Source: Candidatus Latescibacterota bacterium
Lineage (GTDB): Bacteria; Latescibacterota; UBA2968; GCA-2709665
NCBI GenBank assembly: GCA_965219995.1
Contig: CBDCOX010000002.1
Location: 2,112,001-2,176,000, forward strand
Length of the DNA: 64,000 nucleotides
Direction of reading: 5' to 3'
A model generated the notes under the pieces. That model was not told the origin of the DNA and searched no databases. It saw only the letters and a list, made by a program, of their open reading frames with translations. The translations under genes were made by a program, and so were the position numbers. Of this stretch, positions 9,070-18,036 are shown piece after piece (the stretch's first letter is position 1; every line of letters starts with the position of its first letter).

Positions 9070-10230
9070 CTATCCCTTACCGAGAATCGTCACGGTCTCC
9101 GCGTGGGCGCGCAGGATGTCATCGCGTACGTCCACGCCGAGACCCGGACCGCGCATTAGCGGCGCCAAACCGCCGCGGCCGAATGCAACGGGTTCGCGGG
9201 ACACGTCTTCAACCAGCAGCATGTTTCCGTAGGACCCCTCCACATACGAAACCCCGTCGAGATGGGCGGCTACGTGCCGGCCCGCGGCCGAGAGGATCGC
9301 GGATTCCCCCACCTGGCATCCCAACTGCAGACCCACGCCTGCGCGGACGGCCAGTTCGGCGATCTCCAGCGTGCGCGCAACGCCGCCGCACTTCGAGAGA
9401 CGCAGATTGAAGAAATCGCAGGCTTTCGCCGCGATCAGCGCCTCCGCGTCGGCCACGGTGACGAGCGACTCGTCCGCCATGATCGGAACGGGCGACCGCG
9501 ACCTGACCCGCGCGAGGACCGCCGGATCGCCGCGGGGGATGGGCTGCTCGGCGCACGCGACGTCAAACGGCGCCAGGGCCGCGAGCGTCGCGACGGCTTC
9601 ATCAGGCGTGTAGGCGCAGTTCGCGTCGACTCGCAGGGAGACGGAGGGTCCCAACACCTCTCGGACGGCAGCAACGCGATCCCGCGCGTGTTCTCCGCCG
9701 ATCTTGATCTTGACGGCCTCCAGGCCATATTCCGTGCAGACGCATGCGAGCCGGATCGCGTTGTCGATCGACCCGCCGGTGATGACGCCGCTGTAAGTGA
9801 CGACGTCCCGCTCCGGAGGCAGAATCGCACCCAGAGACAGGTTCCCGCGCCGGAGCAGCAGGTCGAGCAGGGCCAGTTCGCAGGCCGCCCTCGCGGCGTG
9901 CCAGGCGATAGCGCCCCCGGCGTCTCCATCGGGCAGCGCGCCGGCCACCCCGGCAAGCGATCCGACGGGATCCCCGCCCGGTTCGGGCGCGCTGAAGCGA
10001 GAATCCGCGATGGCCGGCCAGAGACAATGCGCAATGTGTTCGATGCATGTCTCCACGGTCTCGCCCGTCACGTACGGGCGCGGCAGGCCTTCGCCATAGC
10101 CCATGGTGCCGTCGTCGGCCGTGAGGCGCACGACCACCGAGTCCGTCCGGGACCGGACCGAGGCGCTGTGACCGAAGGCCTCGACAAAGGGAATACGCAG
10201 GGCGAAACAGGTCCCGCCAATGATCTTCAT
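9070..10230 (-). CDS. Enolase-superfamily protein (muconate lactonizing enzyme/dipeptide epimerase subgroup)
   Basis: GYGEGLPRPYVTGET, VKIKIG, RVDAN, EQP, ADES, NLRLSKCGG. Confidence 0.85.
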   Translation of the reverse strand: MKIIGGTCFALRIPFVEAFGHSASVRSRTDSVVVRLTADDGTMGYGEGLPRPYVTGETVETCIEHIAHCLWPAIADSRFSAPEPGGDPVGSLAGVAGALPDGDAGGAIAWHAARAACELALLDLLLRRGNLSLGAILPPERDVVTYSGVITGGSIDNAIRLACVCTEYGLEAVKIKIGGEHARDRVAAVREVLGPSVSLRVDANCAYTPDEAVATLAALAPFDVACAEQPIPRGDPAVLARVRSRSPVPIMADESLVTVADAEALIAAKACDFFNLRLSKCGGVARTLEIAELAVRAGVGLQLGCQVGESAILSAAGRHVAAHLDGVSYVEGSYGNMLLVEDVSREPVAFGRGGLAPLMRGPGLGVDVRDDILRAHAETVTILGKG

Positions 10231-10294
10231 CGCGATTCTCAAAGCGGTGCAGGGCCGCAACGTCCCGGCCCCATTTGCTCAACTTACGAGACGT

Positions 10295-10483
10295 ACATGG
10301 ATGGACAGGATGAACAGGATAAAATCTCACAAAACTACGAAAACAGCGATAGCCACAAAAAGCACAAGAGACACAAAAGGGCGAAAACAAGAACCGCTAA
10401 CCCCGATAATTCACAAAACAAAACTCACATGGATAGACAGGATGAACAGGATAAAGACCAAAAGCACGAAAAAAGCACGAGAG
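10295..10483. repeat. Cluster of purine-rich ~9-mer arrays including a 29-nt direct repeat
   Basis: ACATGGATGGACAGGATGAACAGGATAAA at 10295-10323 and a one-mismatch copy at 10427-10455; also CACAAAAAG-CACAAGAGA-CACAAAAGG and CACGAAAAAAG-CACGAGAGA. Confidence 0.8.
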
Positions 10484-10507
10484 AATGAGAAACGGCAGTG
10501 AATCGAT

Positions 10508-11173
10508 TCACCGTAGTTCGATGGACTGGAGTTCCCGGATCGACGAAATTGTGAAATCGGGGATCTCCGCTGCCCGCCGGGGGGTCTGAAACCGCGAAAA
10601 CCCTTGTAAGACACGCATTGTCATGCATCCCTGGGATTTGGCGGGTCCGATATCGTTATCCAGCCGGTCTCCTACCATCACTACGCCTTCAGGGGCACAT
10701 CCCGCGCGGGAAATGGCGGCGGCAAAAATCCTCGGATCGGGCTTGGAAAGGCCGAGTTCCGCGGATGCGAAAACGAGAGTAAAATGGTCCCGGATGCCCC
10801 AATCCGATAGCCGGTCCTCCGTACCTTCGGACTGGTTTGCGATGACGCCGAGTCTGAATTTCCGCGAAAGCGTCTCGAGAATCTCAGGGACACCGGGATA
10901 CAATACTTCCCGTTCTTTCTCGTATCGCAGGGAGCTCGCAACGACTCGACGCTGTTCCTCCGTCAGATCGAGCCTCGCCAGCATGGCGCGAAACGGGCTT
11001 GGCGCGAAGTCCGTCGCCGCATGTTCGCACATCTGCATGAGTTCATCGACCCGATATCGCACGCCGAACTCACCGACATGCTCGCACACACTGTTTAGAC
11101 GCGCCCGGTGCGCCCGGGTTTCGTCCACCAACGTCCAGCCCAGGTCCAGGAATATCCACTCGATGTTGGTCAT
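10508..11173 (-). CDS. HAD-family hydrolase
   Basis: FLDLGWTL, IANQ, KPDPRIF, VGDRLDNDIGPAK. Confidence 0.9.
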   Translation of the reverse strand: MTNIEWIFLDLGWTLVDETRAHRARLNSVCEHVGEFGVRYRVDELMQMCEHAATDFAPSPFRAMLARLDLTEEQRRVVASSLRYEKEREVLYPGVPEILETLSRKFRLGVIANQSEGTEDRLSDWGIRDHFTLVFASAELGLSKPDPRIFAAAISRAGCAPEGVVMVGDRLDNDIGPAKSQGCMTMRVLQGFSRFQTPRRAAEIPDFTISSIRELQSIELR

Positions 11174-11374
11174 GTATGGGGGATACTACTTGGGGATGGA
11201 TTTCCACGCGTGATGTGAACGTTTTGAATAGATACACTTCTGGTAGACGGTTCCCAGTTCGCTTGAGTTCTGCGCGAAGCGGCCGTCCAGAGTTCCGCCC
11301 TGAGGTTGACAGCCGGATACGATTGCAATATACTGTTGCGATTGCGTTTCTCAAGCCATTTCCCGGAGCGCGTT

Positions 11375-11773
11375 ATGGTATTGATGCTTGTTTTTCTGGC
11401 CCTGATATCGACAGCCGAAGGCAACCCGTCGATGTCCGCCAGGCACGTGGCGACGGTGGTTCACGTGTACGACGGCGACACAATTACGATCGACGTGGTC
11501 CTCTGGCCGGGCCTGACCTGGCGTGGAAAGGTGCGCGTGCGCGGCGTGGACACACCGGAGATTCAGACGAAGAGCAAGGCGGAGAAGAAACGCGCGCTGC
11601 TGGCGAGGGATTTCGTTCGGGAACGGATAGGCAAGGTCATTTATCTGGAGAATGTCAAACTGGGGAACTTCGCGGGGCGGGTCGTGGCGACCGTCCGGCT
11701 TCAGGACGGGTCAGACCTCGCGAAGGTATTGATCAGGGCGGGGCACGGAAAGGCGTACAAGCGGAGACGATGA
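11375..11773 (+). CDS. Thermonuclease (SNase-like) family protein, probably exported
   Basis: Hydrophobic N-terminus, VYDGDTI, VRVRGVDTPE, FAGRVVATV; start uncertain (TTG 11306 possible). Confidence 0.85.
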   Translation: MVLMLVFLALISTAEGNPSMSARHVATVVHVYDGDTITIDVVLWPGLTWRGKVRVRGVDTPEIQTKSKAEKKRALLARDFVRERIGKVIYLENVKLGNFAGRVVATVRLQDGSDLAKVLIRAGHGKAYKRRR

Positions 11774-11852
11774 GCGAGAAGGAAAAAGGAGGAAGGAAGA
11801 ACGAAGACGTCGCGGTAACTCTTCCGTTTTCAACGAGCCCGGCGCGTGGTTT

Positions 11853-12596
11853 TTACTTGAGAGCGATGATGTCGCGCTGGGACGGGGTGAGTCGATCGGC
11901 GAAGCCGGCGCTGAATCGCAGGTGTTGCCCGCCCCAATCGGGCATATAGCCGATGCTGTAACAATAGTAGAGCGAGCGGCGTGGACGGCCGGACACGTTC
12001 ACGGTGGACCCGTGGGTGAGGGCTTCCGTAAACAGGATGGCATCGCCGGCGCGCGCGGGAACCGGCCGCAGGGGAGGATTATCGTCCGGGTGGCCGCCCC
12101 AGGGCCTCGCGAAATTGCTCTTGTGTGCGCCGGGGATCACCGCGAAGCAGCCGTCATCGGGCCCGCAATCGATCATTGGGAAAACCGCCTTGGTCAATGT
12201 CGAGACCATCTGTCCGTTGCGGCAGTGGTACTGGCATTTCGGAAGGATCGGCGTGCCGTGCATATGCATCCCGGTATACCCGCCGCCCCAGCGATAGATC
12301 GTGTAGGTGTGGTTGAGCCGATAGGGTCCGCCGGTGACGCATTCGACGGCGTCCAGCAATTCGGGAAATTCCATCAGCGGCAGAAACGCGTCGTCGCCCT
12401 CCATGATGTTCGAAACATAGAGGTTCTCCGGGCTGCGTTCCTGACCCAGGACCAGCGGCGGGGGGTAATCCGCAGGCTCCATCGTTTCGAAACGGTCCAG
12501 CGCGGCATTGCAGGCCGCCACCATGTCCGGCGGCACGATCTGCTCCAGAACGATATAACCCTGCAGGTCGAATAAGTATTTCTGCTCCTGAGTCAT
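11853..12596 (-). CDS. Phytanoyl-CoA dioxygenase (PhyH)-like Fe/2OG protein
   Basis: FDLQGYIVL, GCFAVIPGAHK, AGDAILFTEALTHGS, RRSLYY. Confidence 0.88.
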   Translation of the reverse strand: MTQEQKYLFDLQGYIVLEQIVPPDMVAACNAALDRFETMEPADYPPPLVLGQERSPENLYVSNIMEGDDAFLPLMEFPELLDAVECVTGGPYRLNHTYTIYRWGGGYTGMHMHGTPILPKCQYHCRNGQMVSTLTKAVFPMIDCGPDDGCFAVIPGAHKSNFARPWGGHPDDNPPLRPVPARAGDAILFTEALTHGSTVNVSGRPRRSLYYCYSIGYMPDWGGQHLRFSAGFADRLTPSQRDIIALK

Positions 12597-12644
12597 TTCG
12601 CCTCCATGTTCGCTGGCTCAATTCACGTAAGAATGAGGTATCCG

Positions 12645-13823
12645 ATGTCCAATCCGAACGTTTCGCCGCTCGCACAGGATTTCGTCATCGCCGCGCAGGT
12701 GCCGGATCCAGTGCGGTATTTCTTCCACGACCCCGACCTCGCCCGGCTGGACGACGGCACGCTGCTGCTGGCCGCGCCGCAGTGGCACCGCCCGGGCTGG
12801 GAATATTCCCGGCGCCTGCGGCTCCTCCGCAGCGAAGACGGGGGCGCCACATGGGAAGAACTGTCCGGACTGCCCTATGAAGAGGCCACCCCCTTCGTAC
12901 TGGACGGGCGACTCCTCATGTTCGTCCAGGAAAAGTGCCACAAGGACTTCCTTGTTGTAACGAGCGACGATAAGGGCGAAAGCTGGACCGACCCCGTGAC
13001 CGTGATCAAAGGTCCCATATGGAATATCTCCACGTCCCGTGTTCTGCGCCCCGAGGCGCTCTACTGGGCAATGGACTTCGACCTGCCCAACCAGGGGCAT
13101 GGCGGAAAGACGATGCTCCGGGTAGACCGGAGCATGTCACCCCTCGACCCGGGAGCATGGACGCTTTCCAATATCGTGCGGCAGCCGGAGATCCCGGCCG
13201 CGATGACCCGCGATCTCTTTCCGGACGGCAACCGCCCCCAGCTATCCGGCGGCTGGAGAGATCCACTCGTCTGGCTGGAACCGAACACCGTCGAAGTCAG
13301 GGGCCGTATCCGCGCCTTCTGCCGGTGCGTTTTCGACGAATACGCGGCCGCCCACGTCGCTGCGGTTTTCGACTATGATCCCGGGACGCATCAGCTGAGT
13401 TTCACGCAGTTCGCGGCCTGGCCGGGCGCGCAGTGCAAGTTCTACGTCATCCACGATCACTCGGCTTCCATGTACTGGATGCTGAGCAACCTCATCACCA
13501 ACTCCCAGGACCTTCTGGGATGGGGCGAACGCATGCGCGAATCGGGATATCACGGAGGACCGGGCAACGAACGTCGATGGCTCTACCTTCACTACAGTAT
13601 CGACTGCCTGAACTGGTTCCCCGCGGGCTGCGTGGCGCGGTGGCCGGACAACGTCTACCGCAGCTTCATGTATCCGAGCGCGGTCGTGGACGGAGACGAC
13701 TTCGTGGTGCTCTCGCGTACCAGCAGGGATTCGGGCGACCAGCACGACGCCGATCTGTGTACCATCCACCGGATCCGAAACTACCGCAGCCTGGCCATGG
13801 ACCTCCACGCGGGCGGTCTTTAA
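12645..13823 (+). CDS. Asp-box (BNR) sialidase-like beta-propeller protein
   Basis: Asp-boxes SEDGGATW, SDDKGESW, SIDCLNW; ATG at 12645 follows GAGGT. Confidence 0.75.
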   Translation: MSNPNVSPLAQDFVIAAQVPDPVRYFFHDPDLARLDDGTLLLAAPQWHRPGWEYSRRLRLLRSEDGGATWEELSGLPYEEATPFVLDGRLLMFVQEKCHKDFLVVTSDDKGESWTDPVTVIKGPIWNISTSRVLRPEALYWAMDFDLPNQGHGGKTMLRVDRSMSPLDPGAWTLSNIVRQPEIPAAMTRDLFPDGNRPQLSGGWRDPLVWLEPNTVEVRGRIRAFCRCVFDEYAAAHVAAVFDYDPGTHQLSFTQFAAWPGAQCKFYVIHDHSASMYWMLSNLITNSQDLLGWGERMRESGYHGGPGNERRWLYLHYSIDCLNWFPAGCVARWPDNVYRSFMYPSAVVDGDDFVVLSRTSRDSGDQHDADLCTIHRIRNYRSLAMDLHAGGL

Positions 13824-13833
13824 CTGAACGGGT

Positions 13834-14565
13834 TCAGGTGTTCGCGAGGATCTCCAAATACGCCTTCACCGTGTTCGCCAGCCCCATCTCCAACGCCTCG
13901 CCGATCAGCGCGTGGCCGATGGAGACTTCCAGCACACCCGGGATTGAACAGAACCTGCCCAGGTTCTCCAGGTTCAGATCGTGTCCGGCGTTGACGCCAA
14001 GCCCCGCCTCCTGGGCGGTCGCCGCTGCTTTCGCGTACCCCTCGAAGCATTCCTCCAGGTCATCATTCTCACGAAATGCCGTCGCATAGGGTTCCGTGTA
14101 CAGCTCGATCCGGTCGGCGCCCACGATCGCGGCCCCTGGGATCTCGTCCGAGTCGTAGTCCATAAACAGGCTCACGCGGCTGCCCAGCGCCCTCAACTCC
14201 TGAATGACGGGCTTCAGGCGGTCGCCCTCCTTCGACAGATTCCACCCGTGGTCCGACGTGAACGCGTCCGGCGAATCCGGCACCAGCGTGCACTGCGCGG
14301 GGCGGACGGCCCGCACGATGTCGAGATATCCCGCTTCGAAGGGATTCCCCTCGATATTGAACTCCACGTCCGTAACGAGCGCGTTCAATTCATACACGTC
14401 CGAGGGCCGGATGTGCCGCTCATCGGGCCGGGGATGGACCGTGATCCCGTACGCCCCGGCATCGATGCAGATCCGTGCGGCCCGGGTCACGCTGGGGATA
14501 CCGATGGTCCGCGTGTTCCGGAGCAGGGCCACCTTGTTCACGTTCACGCTGAGTCGGGTCATCAC
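13834..14565 (-). CDS. pdxJ: Pyridoxine 5'-phosphate synthase
   Basis: LSVNVNKVALLRN, GITVHPRPDERHI, FNIEG, IELYT, NAGHDLN, EVSIGHA. Confidence 0.96.
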   Translation of the reverse strand: MMTRLSVNVNKVALLRNTRTIGIPSVTRAARICIDAGAYGITVHPRPDERHIRPSDVYELNALVTDVEFNIEGNPFEAGYLDIVRAVRPAQCTLVPDSPDAFTSDHGWNLSKEGDRLKPVIQELRALGSRVSLFMDYDSDEIPGAAIVGADRIELYTEPYATAFRENDDLEECFEGYAKAAATAQEAGLGVNAGHDLNLENLGRFCSIPGVLEVSIGHALIGEALEMGLANTVKAYLEILANT

Positions 14566-14850
14566 GATCGCCTTTCATTGATGCCGGTGAGCCGTCAGGT
14601 CCCGCAGACAACACAAGTGCTTCCTCACCTGGAAATATAGCGCCGATGTGGTCCGTTTTCAAGGATCAATCATCCACTCTGAATTGGTGACAGCCTCGAA
14701 TAACGCCATTATGATCGCCTCACACTGCGAGGTTCTCCAGTGGGCAATTCCCTTGCGGTATACAAATCCGCCGCGTTATATTTGGACTGAAGTTCCAGGT
14801 ATGGCAAATCAAAGGCAGCACATCCCTTTTGAATAACCCTGTCCACGGCT

Positions 14851-15429
14851 ATGTCGAGTCCGTAGCTTGTCGTTATCGGAGGACCCAATGGCGCCGGCAA
14901 AAGCACGGCCGCGCCGCAGCTATTGCGAGATACACTGGATGTTGCAGAATTCGTTAACGCCGACGCTATTGCGTCAGGACTTTCGGAGTTTCACCCGGAG
15001 TCAACGGCTCTTCAAGCAGGTCGGGTAATGTTGCAGCGGGTTCGCCAATTGGCGTCGGACCGATCTGACTTCGCGTTTGAGTCGACACTCGCGAGCCGCA
15101 GTTTCGCCCCATGGATCCGTCACCTCAGACAAAACGGATATGTGTTCCGACTGGCATTCTTGTGGCTGTCCAGTCCGGAAGTCGCAGCTGCACGAGTGGC
15201 GGCGCGCGTCCGCGCGGGAGGTCACGACATTCCTGACGAGACCATTCGACGACGGTATTACTCCGGACTTGGCAACTTTTTCAGACTGTATCGTCCGATC
15301 GCGGATGATTGGCGTTTTTATGATAATACCGAAGCCTCGGGGCCGCGCTTGATTTCACTGGGAGAAAGCACTGTTGACATTGAAGTACGTGACGTCAATC
15401 TATGGATGCTGATTAAGGAAGGTGTATAG
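14851..15429 (+). pseudogene. Zeta-toxin-like P-loop kinase/ATPase interrupted by in-frame TAG at codon 5
   Basis: ATG TCG AGT CCG TAG then LVVIGGPNGAGKST (Walker A), in frame with ORF 14923-15429 (VNADAIA, FAFESTL, RVRAGGHDIP). Confidence 0.8.
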
Positions 15430-15643
15430 GGCAGTGAGAAGGTCATCCAGAAAAGACATCGATAAAATCTTCAAGGAAGGTACATTGATCGACAAAGCCT
15501 TGAGGGATGCCGTTCGAGAAGCACTCTTGTATCATAAACGCAACGGAAATCCAATCGCTGATTGGCGAGACGGAAAGGTGGTGTGGATTCCGGCGGATCA
15601 GATCGAAGTGGACCAGGATGCCGACGAGGAATCCGAGAGATGA
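15422..15643 (+). CDS. Small protein, putative partner/antitoxin of the zeta-like ATPase
   Basis: Overlaps the upstream stop; ALRDAVREALLYHKRNGNPIADWRDGKVVWIP resembles small proteins seen beside such ATPases; start uncertain. Confidence 0.7.
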   Translation: MYRAVRRSSRKDIDKIFKEGTLIDKALRDAVREALLYHKRNGNPIADWRDGKVVWIPADQIEVDQDADEESER

Positions 15644-17082
15644 ATCCCGCCAACCTGCTCTTCATTCTCTCCGACCAGCACACGCGGGACATCACGGGCT
15701 GCTACGGCCACCCGGAGGTGCGGACGCCGAACATCGACAGCCTCGCCCAACGCGGGACGCGCTTCACCAGCGCCTACACCAACTGTCCCATCTGCGTGCC
15801 GGCCCGCGCCTCACTGGCAACCGGACGATACGTCCATCAGACCGGAAACTGGGACAACGCCTTCGCGTATGACGGCAGTGTGCCGAGTTGGGGGCACCGC
15901 CTCAGGGAGCAGGGATTCCAGGTCGACTCGATCGGGAAACTGCACTTTCGCGCGCAGGATGACGACAACGGATTTTCAGAAGAAATCGATCCGCTGCACG
16001 TGGTGGACGGCGTGGGCGACATTCTGAGCTGCATTCGGGAACAACCGCCTTTGCGCAACAAGCGCGGCGCCATCCTCAACGCCGGCCCGGGAGACTCGAC
16101 CTACCTGAAATACGATATCTCGAACGCCGACCGGGCGTGCGCCTGGCTTGCGGAACATCGTAACGACGACCGGCCATGGGTCCTGTTTCTCTCGTTCGTC
16201 TGTCCTCACCCGCCCTACGTCGCACCGCCGGATCTCTTCGAGTCCTATTCGACCGATCGGCTTCCCTTGCCCCCCCAATGGCATCCCAATGACTGGCCCG
16301 CCCACCCGGCCATCCGGCGCTTCCGCCGGTTCTTCCATTACGACCGGCCTTTTTCCGAATCCGAATTGCGCAATCTCACCGCTGCCTACTACGGCGCATG
16401 TACTCACCTGGACCGTCAGATCGGCCGCGTATTGCAGGCACTAGACGAACAGGACCTTGCCGACACCACGCGTGTCCTCTACACATCGGACCACGGGGAA
16501 TCCCTGGGCGCCCGGGGCCTTTTCGGCAAATTCACCATGTATGAGGAGGCCGCTGGGGTGCCGCTTGTCGTCGCCGGCCCCGGCGTGCCGCAAGGACACG
16601 TTTCGCGCACGCCTGTGTCCCTGGTGGACTGCTTCCCCACCGTACTGGAATGCGCCGGCGCGACACCCGAAGGCGAACGCCTCCCCGGCCGCTCCCTCTG
16701 GCAGGTCGCGCGGAACGCCAACGAGAATCGCACGGTCTTCAGCGAATACCACGCGGTTGGCTCCCGCGATGCCGCCTACATGCTCCGCGATCGGACCTGG
16801 AAGTACATACACTACGTGGAAGAGCCGCCGCAGCTCTTCAACCTCGAAGACGACCCGCGAGAAACGAACGATCTCGCGGCGTCTCCAGGCCACCGGACCG
16901 TGTTGAATTCGTTCGAGCGCCGGCTGCGCGAACTTCTGGATCCCGATGCCACGGATGCGCGCGCCAAGGCGGACCAGCTGGCGAAAATCGCGTCTTTCGG
17001 CGGCGCAGAAGCCGTTCGCAGCCGGGGCGCATTCGACAACTCGCCGGTGCCCGGCGAAGCGCCGGCCTTCCGGGTCCACTGA
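15640..17082 (+). CDS. Cys-type sulfatase (choline-sulfatase-like)
   Basis: NLLFILSDQH, CVPARASLATG, GKLH, TSDHG; ATGA overlap with the upstream gene. Confidence 0.92.
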   Translation: MNPANLLFILSDQHTRDITGCYGHPEVRTPNIDSLAQRGTRFTSAYTNCPICVPARASLATGRYVHQTGNWDNAFAYDGSVPSWGHRLREQGFQVDSIGKLHFRAQDDDNGFSEEIDPLHVVDGVGDILSCIREQPPLRNKRGAILNAGPGDSTYLKYDISNADRACAWLAEHRNDDRPWVLFLSFVCPHPPYVAPPDLFESYSTDRLPLPPQWHPNDWPAHPAIRRFRRFFHYDRPFSESELRNLTAAYYGACTHLDRQIGRVLQALDEQDLADTTRVLYTSDHGESLGARGLFGKFTMYEEAAGVPLVVAGPGVPQGHVSRTPVSLVDCFPTVLECAGATPEGERLPGRSLWQVARNANENRTVFSEYHAVGSRDAAYMLRDRTWKYIHYVEEPPQLFNLEDDPRETNDLAASPGHRTVLNSFERRLRELLDPDATDARAKADQLAKIASFGGAEAVRSRGAFDNSPVPGEAPAFRVH

Positions 17083-17135
17083 ACGGCGGGCATTGTACAG
17101 TCGGCAACCGATCTCTTCAACTCTGAATCTTTCCG

Positions 17136-17903
17136 ATGGGAGCCTCTGTCGTGACCGACGAAGAAAAATTCAGCTTCGACCTGGAGGGCTATCTGGTGGT
17201 CCGGAACGTCCTTGACGCCGGCGACCTGACACGGCTGAACGCGGCTGCGGAACGGGCCATGCCGGATTGGGGCGACTCCGGCATTAGCACGACCGGGCGG
17301 GTTTCTCAATGGGGACCTGAGTTCCAGGCGCTGATGGACCACGATATGATCGTGCCGTATCTGGTCGAATTGCTGGGCCCCAAATTCCGAATCGACCACG
17401 ATTACTGCATCTTCATGAAAAGAGGAGCGACGCGCGGCGGCCTGCACGGCGGCGAGACGGACAAGGAGGCGGACCACTGGTACAAATATCGAGACGGCGT
17501 GATGCGCAACGGACTGACCGTGGTCACCTACTTTCTTTCACCCGCAAGGGCCGGTGACGGCGGATTCGCCTGCATCCCCGGAAGCCATAAATCCAATTTC
17601 GTCGATCGGGTGCCGCGGGACGTGCGTCGCTTCGAACGCGACGCCCATTACGTGGTACAGCCCGAAGTGGATGCCGGTGACGCCCTCATTTTTACGGAGG
17701 CGCTCATCCACGGCACGAAGCCCTGGACTGCCGGCCACGATCGCCGCGCCCTGCTTTACAAGTACAGTCCAGGGCACTCGGCCTGGTCACAGGGATATTA
17801 CAACCCCGAGGAGTACGCGGACCTGACGGAGCAACAGCGACGCCTCATGGCGCCGCCCTCCGTTGGAAGGCGCCCGGATACGGTTGGGCTGGCGAACGAT
17901 TAG
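17136..17903 (+). CDS. Phytanoyl-CoA dioxygenase (PhyH)-like Fe/2OG protein
   Basis: FDLEGYLVVRNVL, GGFACIPGSHK, AGDALIFTEALIHGT, RRALLYKY; alternative GTG start at 17151. Confidence 0.88.
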   Translation: MGASVVTDEEKFSFDLEGYLVVRNVLDAGDLTRLNAAAERAMPDWGDSGISTTGRVSQWGPEFQALMDHDMIVPYLVELLGPKFRIDHDYCIFMKRGATRGGLHGGETDKEADHWYKYRDGVMRNGLTVVTYFLSPARAGDGGFACIPGSHKSNFVDRVPRDVRRFERDAHYVVQPEVDAGDALIFTEALIHGTKPWTAGHDRRALLYKYSPGHSAWSQGYYNPEEYADLTEQQRRLMAPPSVGRRPDTVGLAND

Positions 17904-18036
17904 CCCGATCGCGCCCGTTTCCATCGTCTGTTTCCGGCATGGAACGGGCGTTGACATTCGGGAGACACCGCCTTTCACGCAACGACCCCGAATCGGCCAT
18001 TCTTCAGGATTCATGTATTCGATAGGAGACCCTGCA

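Noticed and set aside
10295-10455. 29-nt direct repeat as a CRISPR array
   Set aside because: Only two copies, 103-nt gap, internal 9-nt periodicity, no cas genes in the window
14863-14865. TAG as pyrrolysine or a reassigned codon
   Set aside because: TAG ends many genes in this window (for example at 864, 20571, 25520, 27024), no pyl genes are present, and the site is not catalytic
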